Positions 9,331 through 19,791 of a stretch of 64,000 bases of DNA are shown here, in pieces. The position numbers were made by a program, and so were the translations under genes. How positions within the stretch are numbered: position 1 is the first letter of the stretch; every line of letters starts with the position of its first letter. The DNA comes from Saccharofermentans sp. Lineage in GTDB: Bacteria > Bacillota > Clostridia > Saccharofermentanales > Saccharofermentanaceae. The notes below the pieces were generated by a model. That model saw only the letters and a program-made list of their open reading frames with translations, was not told the DNA's origin and ran no database searches. The stretch lies in contig JAKSRJ010000010.1 in the NCBI GenBank assembly GCA_024403715.1, positions 722-64,721 on the forward strand, read 5' to 3'.

Positions 9331-10650
9331 ATGCCGATATCATTGAAGCGAATCGGCAATGGATCCTCGATTACTAATGCTCTAATATGGCTTAGTATTC
9401 TTTTGGCGTCATGTGATATCGTTTTCAAGTTTGAGATTAAAGGGCTGACTGTTAGAGCGACACAGCTTTTCTCTCTTGTTGTAATGGTGTGTTTACTTCT
9501 TCGCTTTATTAAGTACGGCTCAATTAAGATCTATAAGCCTATTGTGAATATGCTTATAGTATTTTGTTTTAACACAGTTTTCATTTTAAACAGTCGCACT
9601 GCATTTAATGCTATTGGCTATGATTTGTGGCTCTTGCTCGATATTATTCAGATATTGGCATTCTCATATTATTTGAGCACTCAGGAGACAATAGCTAGTA
9701 TAATTCGTAAGTACATAATTTGCTTTGATGCATTTGCTGTCCTGGGCTTATTGCAGTGGCTATTACAGTTCTTCAACATTAATTTCTTCATCATGCAGAT
9801 AAGTGCGATGCACAGAAGTAATGGTTTTTCTTATGAGCCTTCCTTCTACGCTACATATATGCTTATGGGTGCTATTGTTTGTCTCTATCTTGTAGAGAAG
9901 CGTAATTACAGAAGCATGAATAGCGTCTTCTTGTATGTATCAACTCTCTTGATAGTAGCAGCCTTGATTCTATCTACATCACGTATGGGCCTTTTGGTAT
10001 TAGCAATATACATGGTCTTCAGAGGTGTGGTATGTCTTAACAGCTATATCAGAATGAGGGCTTCTTGGGTTAAACTTCTTTTTACTTTGATGCCAATTCT
10101 TGCAGGTCTAGGAGTAATAGCAGTAATCATAGCTCTTGAACTCGAGGTAGAGTTCGTTCTTACTTATTTTAATGGCTTAGGTATCGGAGGCACTGCATCG
10201 CATTCAGCAGATATCAGAATGTCCTCTACACAGGATACATGGAATCTCTTCCTAAGCAGTCCGTTCATCGGCTGTAGCTTAGGTGGCATTGACGCAGCAA
10301 TTCTTCACTCCAAATTGATTGGCTACACAACAGCAGGTAATGGTAGTGCCAGCATGAGTGTAGCCCTGGAAGCTCTTTGTGCTTACGGAGTTTTTGGAGC
10401 ATTTTTCTTCTTCAAGTATATTTACGACTTATCTTTTGGATCCTTCCTTAAGCTTAAAAAGCATAAGGGAGACAACAAGGATCGCGAAATGGTTAATGCC
10501 ATGATTCTCGCTTTTGTCTTTGAATTTGGAATTCTTCAATTTAATCAAAATATTTTACGACCTCCATTCTGGGTTCATATTGCTTTACTAACAACAGTAA
10601 TCCAGATGTTTTTGAGAGATAAGGAGGAGGAAACAGTCGATGGAAACTAA
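9331..10650 (+). CDS. Second Wzy/O-antigen ligase-like membrane protein
   Basis: RSNGFSYEPSFYA, LSTSRMG, SADIR, PFIGCSLGG, about 12 TMs. Start moved to ATG 9331 (AAGGAG upstream). Confidence 0.7.
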   Translation: MPISLKRIGNGSSITNALIWLSILLASCDIVFKFEIKGLTVRATQLFSLVVMVCLLLRFIKYGSIKIYKPIVNMLIVFCFNTVFILNSRTAFNAIGYDLWLLLDIIQILAFSYYLSTQETIASIIRKYIICFDAFAVLGLLQWLLQFFNINFFIMQISAMHRSNGFSYEPSFYATYMLMGAIVCLYLVEKRNYRSMNSVFLYVSTLLIVAALILSTSRMGLLVLAIYMVFRGVVCLNSYIRMRASWVKLLFTLMPILAGLGVIAVIIALELEVEFVLTYFNGLGIGGTASHSADIRMSSTQDTWNLFLSSPFIGCSLGGIDAAILHSKLIGYTTAGNGSASMSVALEALCAYGVFGAFFFFKYIYDLSFGSFLKLKKHKGDNKDREMVNAMILAFVFEFGILQFNQNILRPPFWVHIALLTTVIQMFLRDKEEETVDGN

Positions 10651-11755
10651 GATAATTGCTAATTACCTTCCACAGTACCATCAGATGCCAGAGAACGATA
10701 AGTGGTGGGGCGAAGGCTTCACAGATTGGATAGGTGTTAAGAATGCTAAGCCTCAGTTTGAGGGCCATGAGCAGCCTAGAGTTCCAGCAAATGAGTATTA
10801 CTATAGCCTAGATAAGGTTGAAGACATTGCTCGCCAGGTAGAGCTTGCTAAGGAATATGGTGTATACGGTTTTGGTATCTACCACTACTGGTTTTCTTCT
10901 AACCAGCATTTTATGGAGACTCCAGCAAATATCTACTTAGAGCATAAGGAGCTAGATATCCACTTTATGTTTATCTGGGACAATACTTCTTGGATTCGTT
11001 CATGGAGTGCTGTTAAGGGTAACAACTGGGCTCCTGATATTGACGCTAATAAGCAGCAGACAGGACCATCTATTCTTGCTGAATTAATCTATGGTGATGA
11101 GAAGGACTGGAAGATACATTTCGATTGGCTTTTGCCTTTCTTTAAGGATGATAGATACATCAAGATTGACGGTAAGCCGGTATTTTCATTTATGCGTATG
11201 AACGCAGACCCTGAGATTATCCATAAGATGTCAAATTATTGGGATAAGCTTGCAAAAGAAGCTGGACTTCCTGGCGTTTGCTGCATGTCCAAGAGTCATT
11301 TTAAGGTTAAGAATGGTCTAGAGTACCAGTTTTGTTACGAGCCATATCAGTACAACAATACTTACGAGCTTATGCGTCATGGCTTAGAGGAAGTGATTTC
11401 ACGTAAGACTAAGAATCCACGTATTCGTGTAAGAAGCTACGAGAGTGCATGGAAGGATATTCTTGTACCGGCTAAGCGTTGCAAGAACCCTAAGCTTTTC
11501 TATAGCGGTATTGTAGGCTTTGACGATACTCCTAGAAGAGGTAAGAAAGCACGAATTATTACAGGACAAACACCAGAAAAGTTTGAGAAGTATCTTACTG
11601 AATTGCTTAGTATTTCTAAGAAGCAGAACAAGGAATATGTCTTTGTAACTGCTTGGAATGAATGGGGTGAGGGAGCCTACCTCGAGCCAGATACTAAGAA
11701 CGGAACTAAGTACTTAGAAGCAATACGAAATGCATTAAAGAAGGTTAACGGATGA
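10640..11755 (+). CDS. WbsX-like / GH99-like domain protein
   Basis: IANYLPQYH.MPENDKWWGEGFTDW, QVELAKEYGVYGFGIYHYWF, YIKIDGKPV, GFDDTPRRG, AWNEWGEGAYLEPD. Confidence 0.85.
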   Translation: METKIIANYLPQYHQMPENDKWWGEGFTDWIGVKNAKPQFEGHEQPRVPANEYYYSLDKVEDIARQVELAKEYGVYGFGIYHYWFSSNQHFMETPANIYLEHKELDIHFMFIWDNTSWIRSWSAVKGNNWAPDIDANKQQTGPSILAELIYGDEKDWKIHFDWLLPFFKDDRYIKIDGKPVFSFMRMNADPEIIHKMSNYWDKLAKEAGLPGVCCMSKSHFKVKNGLEYQFCYEPYQYNNTYELMRHGLEEVISRKTKNPRIRVRSYESAWKDILVPAKRCKNPKLFYSGIVGFDDTPRRGKKARIITGQTPEKFEKYLTELLSISKKQNKEYVFVTAWNEWGEGAYLEPDTKNGTKYLEAIRNALKKVNG

Positions 11756-12594
11756 AGCTTGCAGCTTGTGTAGTGTTATACGGCATTGACGATACTACAG
11801 TAGAAAACATTAAGACGTACGCGCCTTATGTCGATGAGCTTTGGGCTGCTGATAATACAGATGTTCCTCAGGAAGAGTATTTAAGCAAGATTCGTGCTAT
11901 CGGCGAGAACATTCACATCATTCCGATGGGTGGCAATAAAGGCATCGCAGCCGCTTTAAATAGCGGTATCAACGCTGCAAATGACATGGGATATGACTTT
12001 ATTTTGACGATGGATCAGGACTCTTATTTTGATGGAGATACCTTGCCTAAGTACATCAAAAGAGCTGAAGATTACTTTTCTAATGACGAGAAGATAATCC
12101 AGGTTGGTATCCATAATTCTGGAGATGATCCTAATGATATGGCTACTAACTGTGAGGATACTAAGTGGCTTATAACTTCCGGATCTATCATGAGAGTTAA
12201 GGACACGGTTAAGATGGGTTCTTTTCTCGAGAAGTTGTTTATTGATGAAGTTGACCGTGAGTTTAATTACCGCGCGGCAAAGCTGGGATATAAGTTTAAG
12301 AGAGTATTAGAGCTTACATTACAGCACCACTTAGGAGATCCTATTAAGGGTAAAGTCTTAGGTAAAAGCTTTCAGGCTATGGGACATAGCAAGGTTCGTA
12401 AGTACTATATCGCGAGAAATTCTACTTATCTGATGATGGAGTTCCCTGAAGTTAAGAAAGAATATCAGAAATACCTTCTTAAGATGAAGATTAAAACCCT
12501 ATTAGTAGAACCTGATAAGTTCACAAAACTTAAGTACATGAGTATGGGTCAAAGAGATGCAAAGAAGGGTAAATTTGGAAAGCTAGAGGTCTAA
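11752..12594 (+). CDS. GT2 rhamnosyltransferase-like
   Basis: NKGIAAALNSGI, LTMDQDS, LITSGS, EKLFIDEVD.E, HHLG, RKYYIARNS (RfbF/WbbL-type). Confidence 0.8.
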   Translation: MKLAACVVLYGIDDTTVENIKTYAPYVDELWAADNTDVPQEEYLSKIRAIGENIHIIPMGGNKGIAAALNSGINAANDMGYDFILTMDQDSYFDGDTLPKYIKRAEDYFSNDEKIIQVGIHNSGDDPNDMATNCEDTKWLITSGSIMRVKDTVKMGSFLEKLFIDEVDREFNYRAAKLGYKFKRVLELTLQHHLGDPIKGKVLGKSFQAMGHSKVRKYYIARNSTYLMMEFPEVKKEYQKYLLKMKIKTLLVEPDKFTKLKYMSMGQRDAKKGKFGKLEV

Positions 12595-12597
12595 TAA

Positions 12598-14058
12598 TTG
12601 GAAAAAATTGAGAAGAAAATCTTAGCAGTAGTCGATAAGCTTAAAAGAATTATCGATACTTCAATCAAGAAGGGCAACTATCGTAAAGCGTTAGATGCCA
12701 TGACTGCAGCGGCATTTATTCTCGAAGAATATAACCAATACTATGTTGACGATGTATTGGAGAATAATCTCCAAGAAGTAGCTAAGGCTATTGTTAAACC
12801 AGGCTTTACTAAGGATGAATTAGATACTAAAACAGTTCTTTATTACGACAGTTTTGGTGACGATGTTAGAGGCTTAAGTCTTGTATATCTTACAAGTCTT
12901 GTTGAGCTTGGATATAGGATTATCTACGTAACTAAGGATGGTGTTCAAAATACCCAGCCTCAGCTCCACGAATCTTTGAAGGATGGGGATGTTAAGTGGG
13001 TATATGTATCAAACATCGACAGAACTAACCAAGCTGATGTCTTAACAAAACTATTCAAGGAACATAAACCAGCCAAGGCGTTCTTATATTCAACTCCGGA
13101 TGATAGCGCTGCTTTGGCAGTTTTTACTGGTTATGAAGGAATAGTCGAGAGATATAAGATTAACCTTACAGACCATGCATACTGGCTTGGTACAAAGGCT
13201 TTTGATTATAATTTTGAGTTTAGAAATTATGGAGCTTGTGTATCACATAAGTATCGCGGAATAGATAAGGATAGACTTATCCTTATGCCTTTTTATCCAT
13301 ACCATAAGCCACAAGAATTTGCTGGGCTTCCTTTTGAGAAAGAACCTCAAAAGCTTATGTTCTCTGGAGGTTGGCTTTATAAGACTCTAGGCGATCCACA
13401 AAACAGATATTATGATGCCGTAACAAGAATTATGGAGCATAATAGCGACTTAAGTTTTCTTTACGCAGGTAAGGGAGACGATTCTGAAATTGTTAAGCTT
13501 CAGGCTAAATTCCCTGGAAGAGTAGTTCATATTGAAGAGCGTGCAGATTTTTATGAAATTATGGAGCATGTAACTATTTATATGAATACTTTCCCTATGG
13601 TCGGCGGACTTATGATGCAGTACGCTGCATCTGCTGGTAAGGTTCCTCTAACATTAAAGCCTGATGATAAAAATGTGGATGCTGCAGGTATTCTTATCAA
13701 TCAGGAAAGAGTCGAGTATAGAACTGTTGATGAGTTAGTCGAAGAGGTAGATAAGCTTTTGTCTGATGAGGCTTACAGAGATTTAAGAGCAGATGAGATG
13801 AGGACAATGATTATCACTCCAGAAGTTTTTACAAACGAACTTAAGAATGCTTTTGAACTCCATAAGACAACACACAATATGGTGATTCAAGACATAGATA
13901 CGAGTGATTTCAGAGCACCATATATTACGAGGTTTAAGGATAGTAATTTCCGTAAGGTTATTGCATCAAATAACAAGAAGAGTCTTCTTCCAAATTTCCC
14001 ATGGTTATTCTTCCAGAAGACTTATAATAAAATTATTAAGAAGGAAAAACTCAACTGA
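12598..14058 (+). CDS. Putative GT-B glycosyltransferase
   Basis: Soluble 486 aa ORF with TTG start. NLTDHAYWLG, FSGGWLYK, YMNTFPMVGGLMMQYAA..GK are GT-B-like C-terminal motifs. Context in the glycan locus. Confidence 0.5.
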   Translation: MEKIEKKILAVVDKLKRIIDTSIKKGNYRKALDAMTAAAFILEEYNQYYVDDVLENNLQEVAKAIVKPGFTKDELDTKTVLYYDSFGDDVRGLSLVYLTSLVELGYRIIYVTKDGVQNTQPQLHESLKDGDVKWVYVSNIDRTNQADVLTKLFKEHKPAKAFLYSTPDDSAALAVFTGYEGIVERYKINLTDHAYWLGTKAFDYNFEFRNYGACVSHKYRGIDKDRLILMPFYPYHKPQEFAGLPFEKEPQKLMFSGGWLYKTLGDPQNRYYDAVTRIMEHNSDLSFLYAGKGDDSEIVKLQAKFPGRVVHIEERADFYEIMEHVTIYMNTFPMVGGLMMQYAASAGKVPLTLKPDDKNVDAAGILINQERVEYRTVDELVEEVDKLLSDEAYRDLRADEMRTMIITPEVFTNELKNAFELHKTTHNMVIQDIDTSDFRAPYITRFKDSNFRKVIASNNKKSLLPNFPWLFFQKTYNKIIKKEKLN

Positions 14059-14069
14059 GGTTCAAGAAT

Positions 14070-14477
14070 ATGGAAATTAAGAAATATACATTTTTGCCAC
14101 ATGGCGACGAGCGAGGACAGCTGGTTGTAGTAGAAGAAAATAAAGACATTCCCTTTGACGTAAAGAGAGTGTACTACATCTACGATACACTTGCAGATGT
14201 AACTAGAGGCTTCCACGCACATAAGTGCTTAGAGCAGGTTTTAATCTGTGTTCATGGCTCATGTAAGATTCATCTTGATAATGGATTTGAGACTGAAGAG
14301 GTGCTTCTTGATAAGCCATATGAGGGACTTTATATCAGTAATGATATGTGGAGAGAGATGTATGATTTTTCTTCTGATGCAGTGCTGTTAGTACTAGCTT
14401 CTCAGTACTACGATGAAGCGGATTATATTAGAAACTACGACGAATTCTTGAAGTTTGTTAGATCTAAGAATTCCTAA
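14070..14477 (+). CDS. fdtA: dTDP-4-keto-6-deoxyglucose 3,4-ketoisomerase (FdtA/QdtA)
   Basis: DERGQL, IPFDVKRVYYIY, RGFHAHK, WREMYDFS, LLVLAS..YDEADYIRNY. Confidence 0.88.
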   Translation: MEIKKYTFLPHGDERGQLVVVEENKDIPFDVKRVYYIYDTLADVTRGFHAHKCLEQVLICVHGSCKIHLDNGFETEEVLLDKPYEGLYISNDMWREMYDFSSDAVLLVLASQYYDEADYIRNYDEFLKFVRSKNS

Positions 14478-14492
14478 TAGGAGATATGAAAA

Positions 14493-15590
14493 ATGAATGT
14501 ACCATTTGTAACTTTCCGTCCGATGGAAAAAGAACTCGATAAGGAACTTAGAGCTGCTTTTGAGGAGGTTTATCAGGCTTCCTGGTATATCGAGGGTAAG
14601 CAGGATGAGAAGTTTGAAAAGGCTTTTGCTGAATATTGTGGAGTAAATTACTGCGTAGGTGTAGGCAATGGACTTGATGCTTTGATGCTCCCACTTAAGG
14701 CTATGGGTATTGGTGCAGGTGACGAGGTTATCGTTCCATCTAACACATATATAGCTACCGCTTTGGCAGTAACTTATGCTGGCGCTCAGGTAGTTTTTGT
14801 AGAGCCAGATATTAAGACATATAACATCGATCCTACAAAAATCGAGGCAGCAATTACAGATAAGACAAAGGCGATTATGCCAGTGCATCTCTATGGTCAG
14901 GCTTGTGATATGGATCCTATAATGGAGATTGCTAAGAAATATAACCTTAAGGTTATTGAGGACTGTGCTCAGGCTCATGGCGCTACATATAAGGGCCGTA
15001 AGATAGGTACCTTTGGTGATGCTTGTGGATATAGTTTTTATCCTGGTAAGAACCTCGGTGCTTTGGGTGATGCTGGTGCATTTACGACTAATGATGAGGA
15101 ATTAGCTAAGAAGGTTAAGGCTATCGCTAACTACGGAAGTGACTATAAATATCACCATGTATATCAGGGTAATAACTCTAGATTAGATGAACTTCAGGCG
15201 GCGTTCTTGTCCGCTAAGCTTCCACACTTAGATAGAATGAATGCCTTTAGACGTGAAGTTGCTAAGAAGTATATGGAGGGTATCAAGAATCCTCTTGTAA
15301 CTTTACCTTATGTACCTGATTACGCTACACCAGTTTGGCATATTTTTGCTATTAGATGCGATAGAAGAGATGAGCTTCAAGCGTATCTTAAGGAAAACGG
15401 AATCGGCACTAATAACCATTATCCAATTCCTATGCATCTTCAGGGTGCATACGCTGACTTAGGCTTTAAGAAGGGTGATTTCCCTATCGCTGAAGAAATC
15501 TCTAACACACAGATTTCTATCCCTATGTACTATGGCATAACAGACGAAGAAATCAATTATGTAATCGACAAGATTAACGAGTTTAAGTGA
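14493..15590 (+). CDS. fdtB: DegT/DnrJ-family sugar 3-aminotransferase (FdtB/QdtB)
   Basis: [50 protein letters not shown]. Follows fdtA. Confidence 0.88.
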   Translation: MNVPFVTFRPMEKELDKELRAAFEEVYQASWYIEGKQDEKFEKAFAEYCGVNYCVGVGNGLDALMLPLKAMGIGAGDEVIVPSNTYIATALAVTYAGAQVVFVEPDIKTYNIDPTKIEAAITDKTKAIMPVHLYGQACDMDPIMEIAKKYNLKVIEDCAQAHGATYKGRKIGTFGDACGYSFYPGKNLGALGDAGAFTTNDEELAKKVKAIANYGSDYKYHHVYQGNNSRLDELQAAFLSAKLPHLDRMNAFRREVAKKYMEGIKNPLVTLPYVPDYATPVWHIFAIRCDRRDELQAYLKENGIGTNNHYPIPMHLQGAYADLGFKKGDFPIAEEISNTQISIPMYYGITDEEINYVIDKINEFK

Positions 15591-17062
15591 TGAAGTTACG
15601 TAAGCTACAGCAAAAAGATGCAGAATTAATGCTTTCCTGGATGCACGACGATAGTGTAGTCCATGATTTGGGCACAGACTTTTCTAAGAAGACTATAGAT
15701 GATTGTAAAAACTTCATCGAGTACGCGCAGGACGAGACTCATGATTTGCACCTAGCTATCATTGATGATAATGACGAGTACATGGGTACTACAAGCCTTA
15801 AACACATTAATAAAGAGAAGTCCTATGCTGAGTTTGCTATAACGGTTCGTAAGGAAGCGATGGGTAAGGGTTACTCCTCCTATGGCATGAGCGAGATTAT
15901 TCGTAAGGGGCATGAGGAACTTAATCTTAAGAATATCTATTGGTGCGTTAATGTTAAGAACAAGCGCGCTGTTCGCTTTTATGATAAATCTGGTTATATG
16001 CCAACCAATATTGTTCCTTCGGAAATCTTAGATTGCTATGAGGACTTAACTTCAAGAGGTGAAGCTTTACGCTGGTATATCGCTTCTAAGGATATTCCAT
16101 CTCTTACGGTTTATATCACAACATATAATCGTGCAAACTATCTTAAGGAGAGTATCGAGAGTGTACTAGCTCAGACTTATAAGGATTTTAGTCTAGTTGT
16201 TCTTGATAACTGCTCTACTGATAATACAGAAGAGGTTGTTAAGAGCTTTAATGATCCTAGACTTTGCTATATAAGGCATAAGGAAAACGTCGGAGGCATC
16301 GCTAACATCGACTACGCTTTTGATAACTGCGTTAGCGAGTATATTGTTGTATTCCACGACGATGATAAGATGAAGCCTAATATGCTTGAAGAAGAGATTA
16401 AGTTTTTAAAGGCTAATCCTGATGTAACATGCGTCTCTAGCCTTACTACTTTCTTCTATGAAGACGGAAGACTTAATGACAGTAAAGCTAACTACGAAGG
16501 CGAGTGTAAGAAGTATAGTGGCACTATGCTTTGGGATGCATACTTTGGAGAGGGTACTAACACGGTTTGTCCTTCTATCATGTATCGCCAGCAGTTTATG
16601 AGAAAGCATAAGCTTCATTTTGATATCGAGTCTGGCCCTTGCTGTGACATTAAGTGTCTTTTTGATATCGAGCGCTTAGGCGGCACGGTGGCGTCTCTTA
16701 ACAAAAGTCTTGTGTTATCACGTCAGCACGATAATCAAGATAGTATCGTAAACATCGTTCCTATGCATGCTAAGCTTTACGACTATTTGTCTAAGCACGA
16801 GTATTATGGACCTCTTTTTAGCGAGAAAAAGGCTGTTCGAAATGCGCTTTATAACAATTACTCGGTATGGCTTGGAAGCTTGCTCGTGCAGGGCAAGGGC
16901 GATAGAAAACGCCACATAGAGACAGAAAAGATGATGCGTGGTGCACTTAAGGGAACATTTAAAGATAGGCTTAGATTTGATTTATGTAAGGCTGGTTCTA
17001 GGGTTGCTCCAGGTATTATGAATAAGCTTTACGGTTCATACAAGAAGGGAAAAGCAGAATGA
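15587..17062 (+). CDS. GNAT N-acyltransferase - GT2 glycosyltransferase fusion
   Basis: N-terminal ~165 aa RimL-type GNAT ([33 protein letters not shown]), then GT2 ([33 protein letters not shown]). Confidence 0.8.
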   Translation: MMKLRKLQQKDAELMLSWMHDDSVVHDLGTDFSKKTIDDCKNFIEYAQDETHDLHLAIIDDNDEYMGTTSLKHINKEKSYAEFAITVRKEAMGKGYSSYGMSEIIRKGHEELNLKNIYWCVNVKNKRAVRFYDKSGYMPTNIVPSEILDCYEDLTSRGEALRWYIASKDIPSLTVYITTYNRANYLKESIESVLAQTYKDFSLVVLDNCSTDNTEEVVKSFNDPRLCYIRHKENVGGIANIDYAFDNCVSEYIVVFHDDDKMKPNMLEEEIKFLKANPDVTCVSSLTTFFYEDGRLNDSKANYEGECKKYSGTMLWDAYFGEGTNTVCPSIMYRQQFMRKHKLHFDIESGPCCDIKCLFDIERLGGTVASLNKSLVLSRQHDNQDSIVNIVPMHAKLYDYLSKHEYYGPLFSEKKAVRNALYNNYSVWLGSLLVQGKGDRKRHIETEKMMRGALKGTFKDRLRFDLCKAGSRVAPGIMNKLYGSYKKGKAE

Positions 17063-17913
17063 TAATTGTTCATATCACAGGCGGGCTAGGAAATCAGATG
17101 AGTCAGTATTGCCTTTACCGTGAGTATCTAGCTCAGGGTAAGGATGCATATGCTGATATTAGCTGGTATTCCCAGCAGTTATCTGCTAGTGAGAAGGTGG
17201 ATGCTCGTAAGTTCGAGCTACCTTTGTTGGGTCTTGATATAAAAAGATGCCCTTCTAAGTATGAGAACTGGGGAGAGAATAAGGCGGGAAAATACGCTAA
17301 GCGAATCTTTGTAGGTAAGACATACTTGGAGCAGGGATATGCTTTTACACCAGGATTGATGGATGTTAAAAAAGGTTTTGTAACTGGTGGATGCTTCTTA
17401 GGCGAGCAATATATTCCTGATTGCAAAGACGAGATAAGAGAGGAGATTACTTTCGCTGGTACAGATGATGCTTATGTGAAGGAGATGGAAGATAGAATTA
17501 GTGGTTGTAATGCTGTTTCTATTCACATGAGACTTGGAGATTACCTTAATCTTCAAGGGCTATACGGTAATATTTGTACTGATAATTACTACAAAAAAGC
17601 AATTCAGTACATTAAGGATAATGTCGAGAATCCTGTTTTCTTTTTATTCTCGAATGATACAAAACTGGCATCTCAGATGCTTACAGGAGAGCAGTTTGTT
17701 GTAGTAGATGGCAACACTGGCGATAAGTCACACCTCGATATGTATCTGATGTCTAAGTGTAAGCACAATATTATTGCTAATAGTACTTTTAGTTGGTGGG
17801 GCGCTTGGCTTAATAACAATACGAATAAGATTGTTTGTTGTCCTACTACGTTGCTTAATGGATATAACAATGGAAGCGTGTATCCAGAAGAATGGAGAAG
17901 AATAGAATCATGA
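17059..17913 (+). CDS. Alpha-1,2-fucosyltransferase-like (GT11)
   Basis: GGLGNQM, VSIHMRLGDY, YYKKAI, FSND, DMYLMSKCKHNIIANSTFSWWGAWL. Confidence 0.88.
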   Translation: MIIVHITGGLGNQMSQYCLYREYLAQGKDAYADISWYSQQLSASEKVDARKFELPLLGLDIKRCPSKYENWGENKAGKYAKRIFVGKTYLEQGYAFTPGLMDVKKGFVTGGCFLGEQYIPDCKDEIREEITFAGTDDAYVKEMEDRISGCNAVSIHMRLGDYLNLQGLYGNICTDNYYKKAIQYIKDNVENPVFFLFSNDTKLASQMLTGEQFVVVDGNTGDKSHLDMYLMSKCKHNIIANSTFSWWGAWLNNNTNKIVCCPTTLLNGYNNGSVYPEEWRRIES

Positions 17914-19790
17914 GGTTAGCTCTTAGAAGTAATTCTATACTGAAACGTCCGTGGCTGTTGGTTTCGATAGCAATATCTTTTGTTGTAATGATTGTTATGA
18001 TGTTTGGCTTTCATTACTTAGATTCTGATATGTTTATTACATGGTCAGTTGAATTTTGGGATTGTGTGTTTGGAAAAACTGATGTTGAATTTTATGAGTA
18101 TACTGGTATGAACCCACGTGGTACTTTCCCTATGCCATGTGATAAATCCATTCCTATGCTTTTACCACTTGCAATATGGAATTTCCCTGTTTGGATAGCG
18201 CACCAGATTTCAGGCGAGATACTTGTTAATGGAATATGGGATATTGCATGGTTGAAATTGGGTTTCTTTGCTTGTACGATCTGGATTGCTTTTGAATGCA
18301 GTAGAATTGTAAAAAAAATAAAGCCAGAAGCAGATGATTTATTGGTTTTTCCTTTGATTTTTTCATCAGCGGATATACTAATCTCTACTATGTATGCAGG
18401 CCAAGACGAAATAGTATACTTAGCAGCAATTATCGCAGCTTTGCGATGTGTAGTGTTTAATCAGCGAATATTATTTTGTGTTTTTTCAACAATAGCAGTT
18501 ACCCTTTGTCCAGAGATGCTAATAGTAGTAGTGCTTTTAGTTCTTTTCCATGAGAAAAGACTGTGGGCGATTCTTTTAGAAGTGGTGTGCACTTATATTC
18601 CAAGTCTTGTTTTTTCAATTGCATATAAGGATAATATTCCATTCCATGAGCATTCTATGATACAGCCTAGCTTAATGAAAGAATTGTTTAGTACAGGAAT
18701 GAGTTTTGATCAAGCTATTGGTCGTGTTCCATTGTTTATAGTTGTATATTGCCTATTACTTTTCTATGCATATATCAAGAAAAACAGTGATGAAAATAAA
18801 TACGATATTATCTGGATTTTAGCGGCAGCTACAATATCGCTTACGCTACTATCATCAGGTGGAATGATTGACTATTTTTATAGAAGTCTTTTATATGTTC
18901 CATTTTGTGTAATGCTCATAGTTATATCTAATCAAAATTTACAATCGAATTTGATTCTGTTTGGCTTGTATTCTTTGGTAAGAGGCTGGATTTGTTGTTC
19001 TATTAATTTCCCTCAGGTAATGAGTTCTCGCTACATTAATCTAGATAATATATATACACAGCGACTACAGTATTATTATGGATTTTTGATTCTTAGCAAA
19101 TATGTCGGATCAAAAGTTTCTATTATGCTCAATTTAGGATTTATTACAGCAGTAGGTTTAGCATTAGCGATAATTGTATTAACAATCAATTTTAAGAGTA
19201 GACAGAACAACCAGATTGAATTGTTTAATGTTAACAAGGATGTTATTACCTTGATTGCAGGTATGGTAATGCCAATCTTTTTATTGGCGTTTGTATATAT
19301 GTGTTATTCATCTTATAAAAACACACACGATATGGAGTACCACAAGACGATTAGATTTGGCGATTTCTATAAATTAGATCCAGAAGAACGAATAAATGAT
19401 TATGGGTATTTTAACGGAGGCAACATAGATTTTTACCTCAACGAAATAGTATATGGCGATACAGTATGTTCGATTACCTCTAATGATGCGAATGGAATGA
19501 GACATATTTATTACGGTGGTAGTTCTTTTGGACCATATCTATTTCTCTGTGAGGGCAATTATCAGGTTTCAATTTATGGAAGTAATTTGAGTGCTGCCGA
19601 TTTTGATATTACATATAATCCTGATGGTATTCCGTATCCAATAGAAAAAAACAACATTACAATAGCAGATGATTGTATTACTTATGACTTTGTTTTGGAA
19701 GACATCACTCCAAGTGTTGAAATTAGAGTATTTAATAATAATGCTGAAGAGATTATTTTGAATAGCATTGAAATTCAGGAGATAAACTAA
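17910..19790 (+). CDS. GT-C-like multi-TM membrane protein with C-terminal extracellular beta domain
   Basis: About 13 TMs, acidic first loop (YLDSD), GQDE motif as in GT87-like proteins, C-terminal FGPYLFL.EGNYQV...VEIRVF domain. ATGA overlap start at 17910. Confidence 0.5.
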   Translation: MRLALRSNSILKRPWLLVSIAISFVVMIVMMFGFHYLDSDMFITWSVEFWDCVFGKTDVEFYEYTGMNPRGTFPMPCDKSIPMLLPLAIWNFPVWIAHQISGEILVNGIWDIAWLKLGFFACTIWIAFECSRIVKKIKPEADDLLVFPLIFSSADILISTMYAGQDEIVYLAAIIAALRCVVFNQRILFCVFSTIAVTLCPEMLIVVVLLVLFHEKRLWAILLEVVCTYIPSLVFSIAYKDNIPFHEHSMIQPSLMKELFSTGMSFDQAIGRVPLFIVVYCLLLFYAYIKKNSDENKYDIIWILAAATISLTLLSSGGMIDYFYRSLLYVPFCVMLIVISNQNLQSNLILFGLYSLVRGWICCSINFPQVMSSRYINLDNIYTQRLQYYYGFLILSKYVGSKVSIMLNLGFITAVGLALAIIVLTINFKSRQNNQIELFNVNKDVITLIAGMVMPIFLLAFVYMCYSSYKNTHDMEYHKTIRFGDFYKLDPEERINDYGYFNGGNIDFYLNEIVYGDTVCSITSNDANGMRHIYYGGSSFGPYLFLCEGNYQVSIYGSNLSAADFDITYNPDGIPYPIEKNNITIADDCITYDFVLEDITPSVEIRVFNNNAEEIILNSIEIQEIN

Positions 19791-19791
19791 A

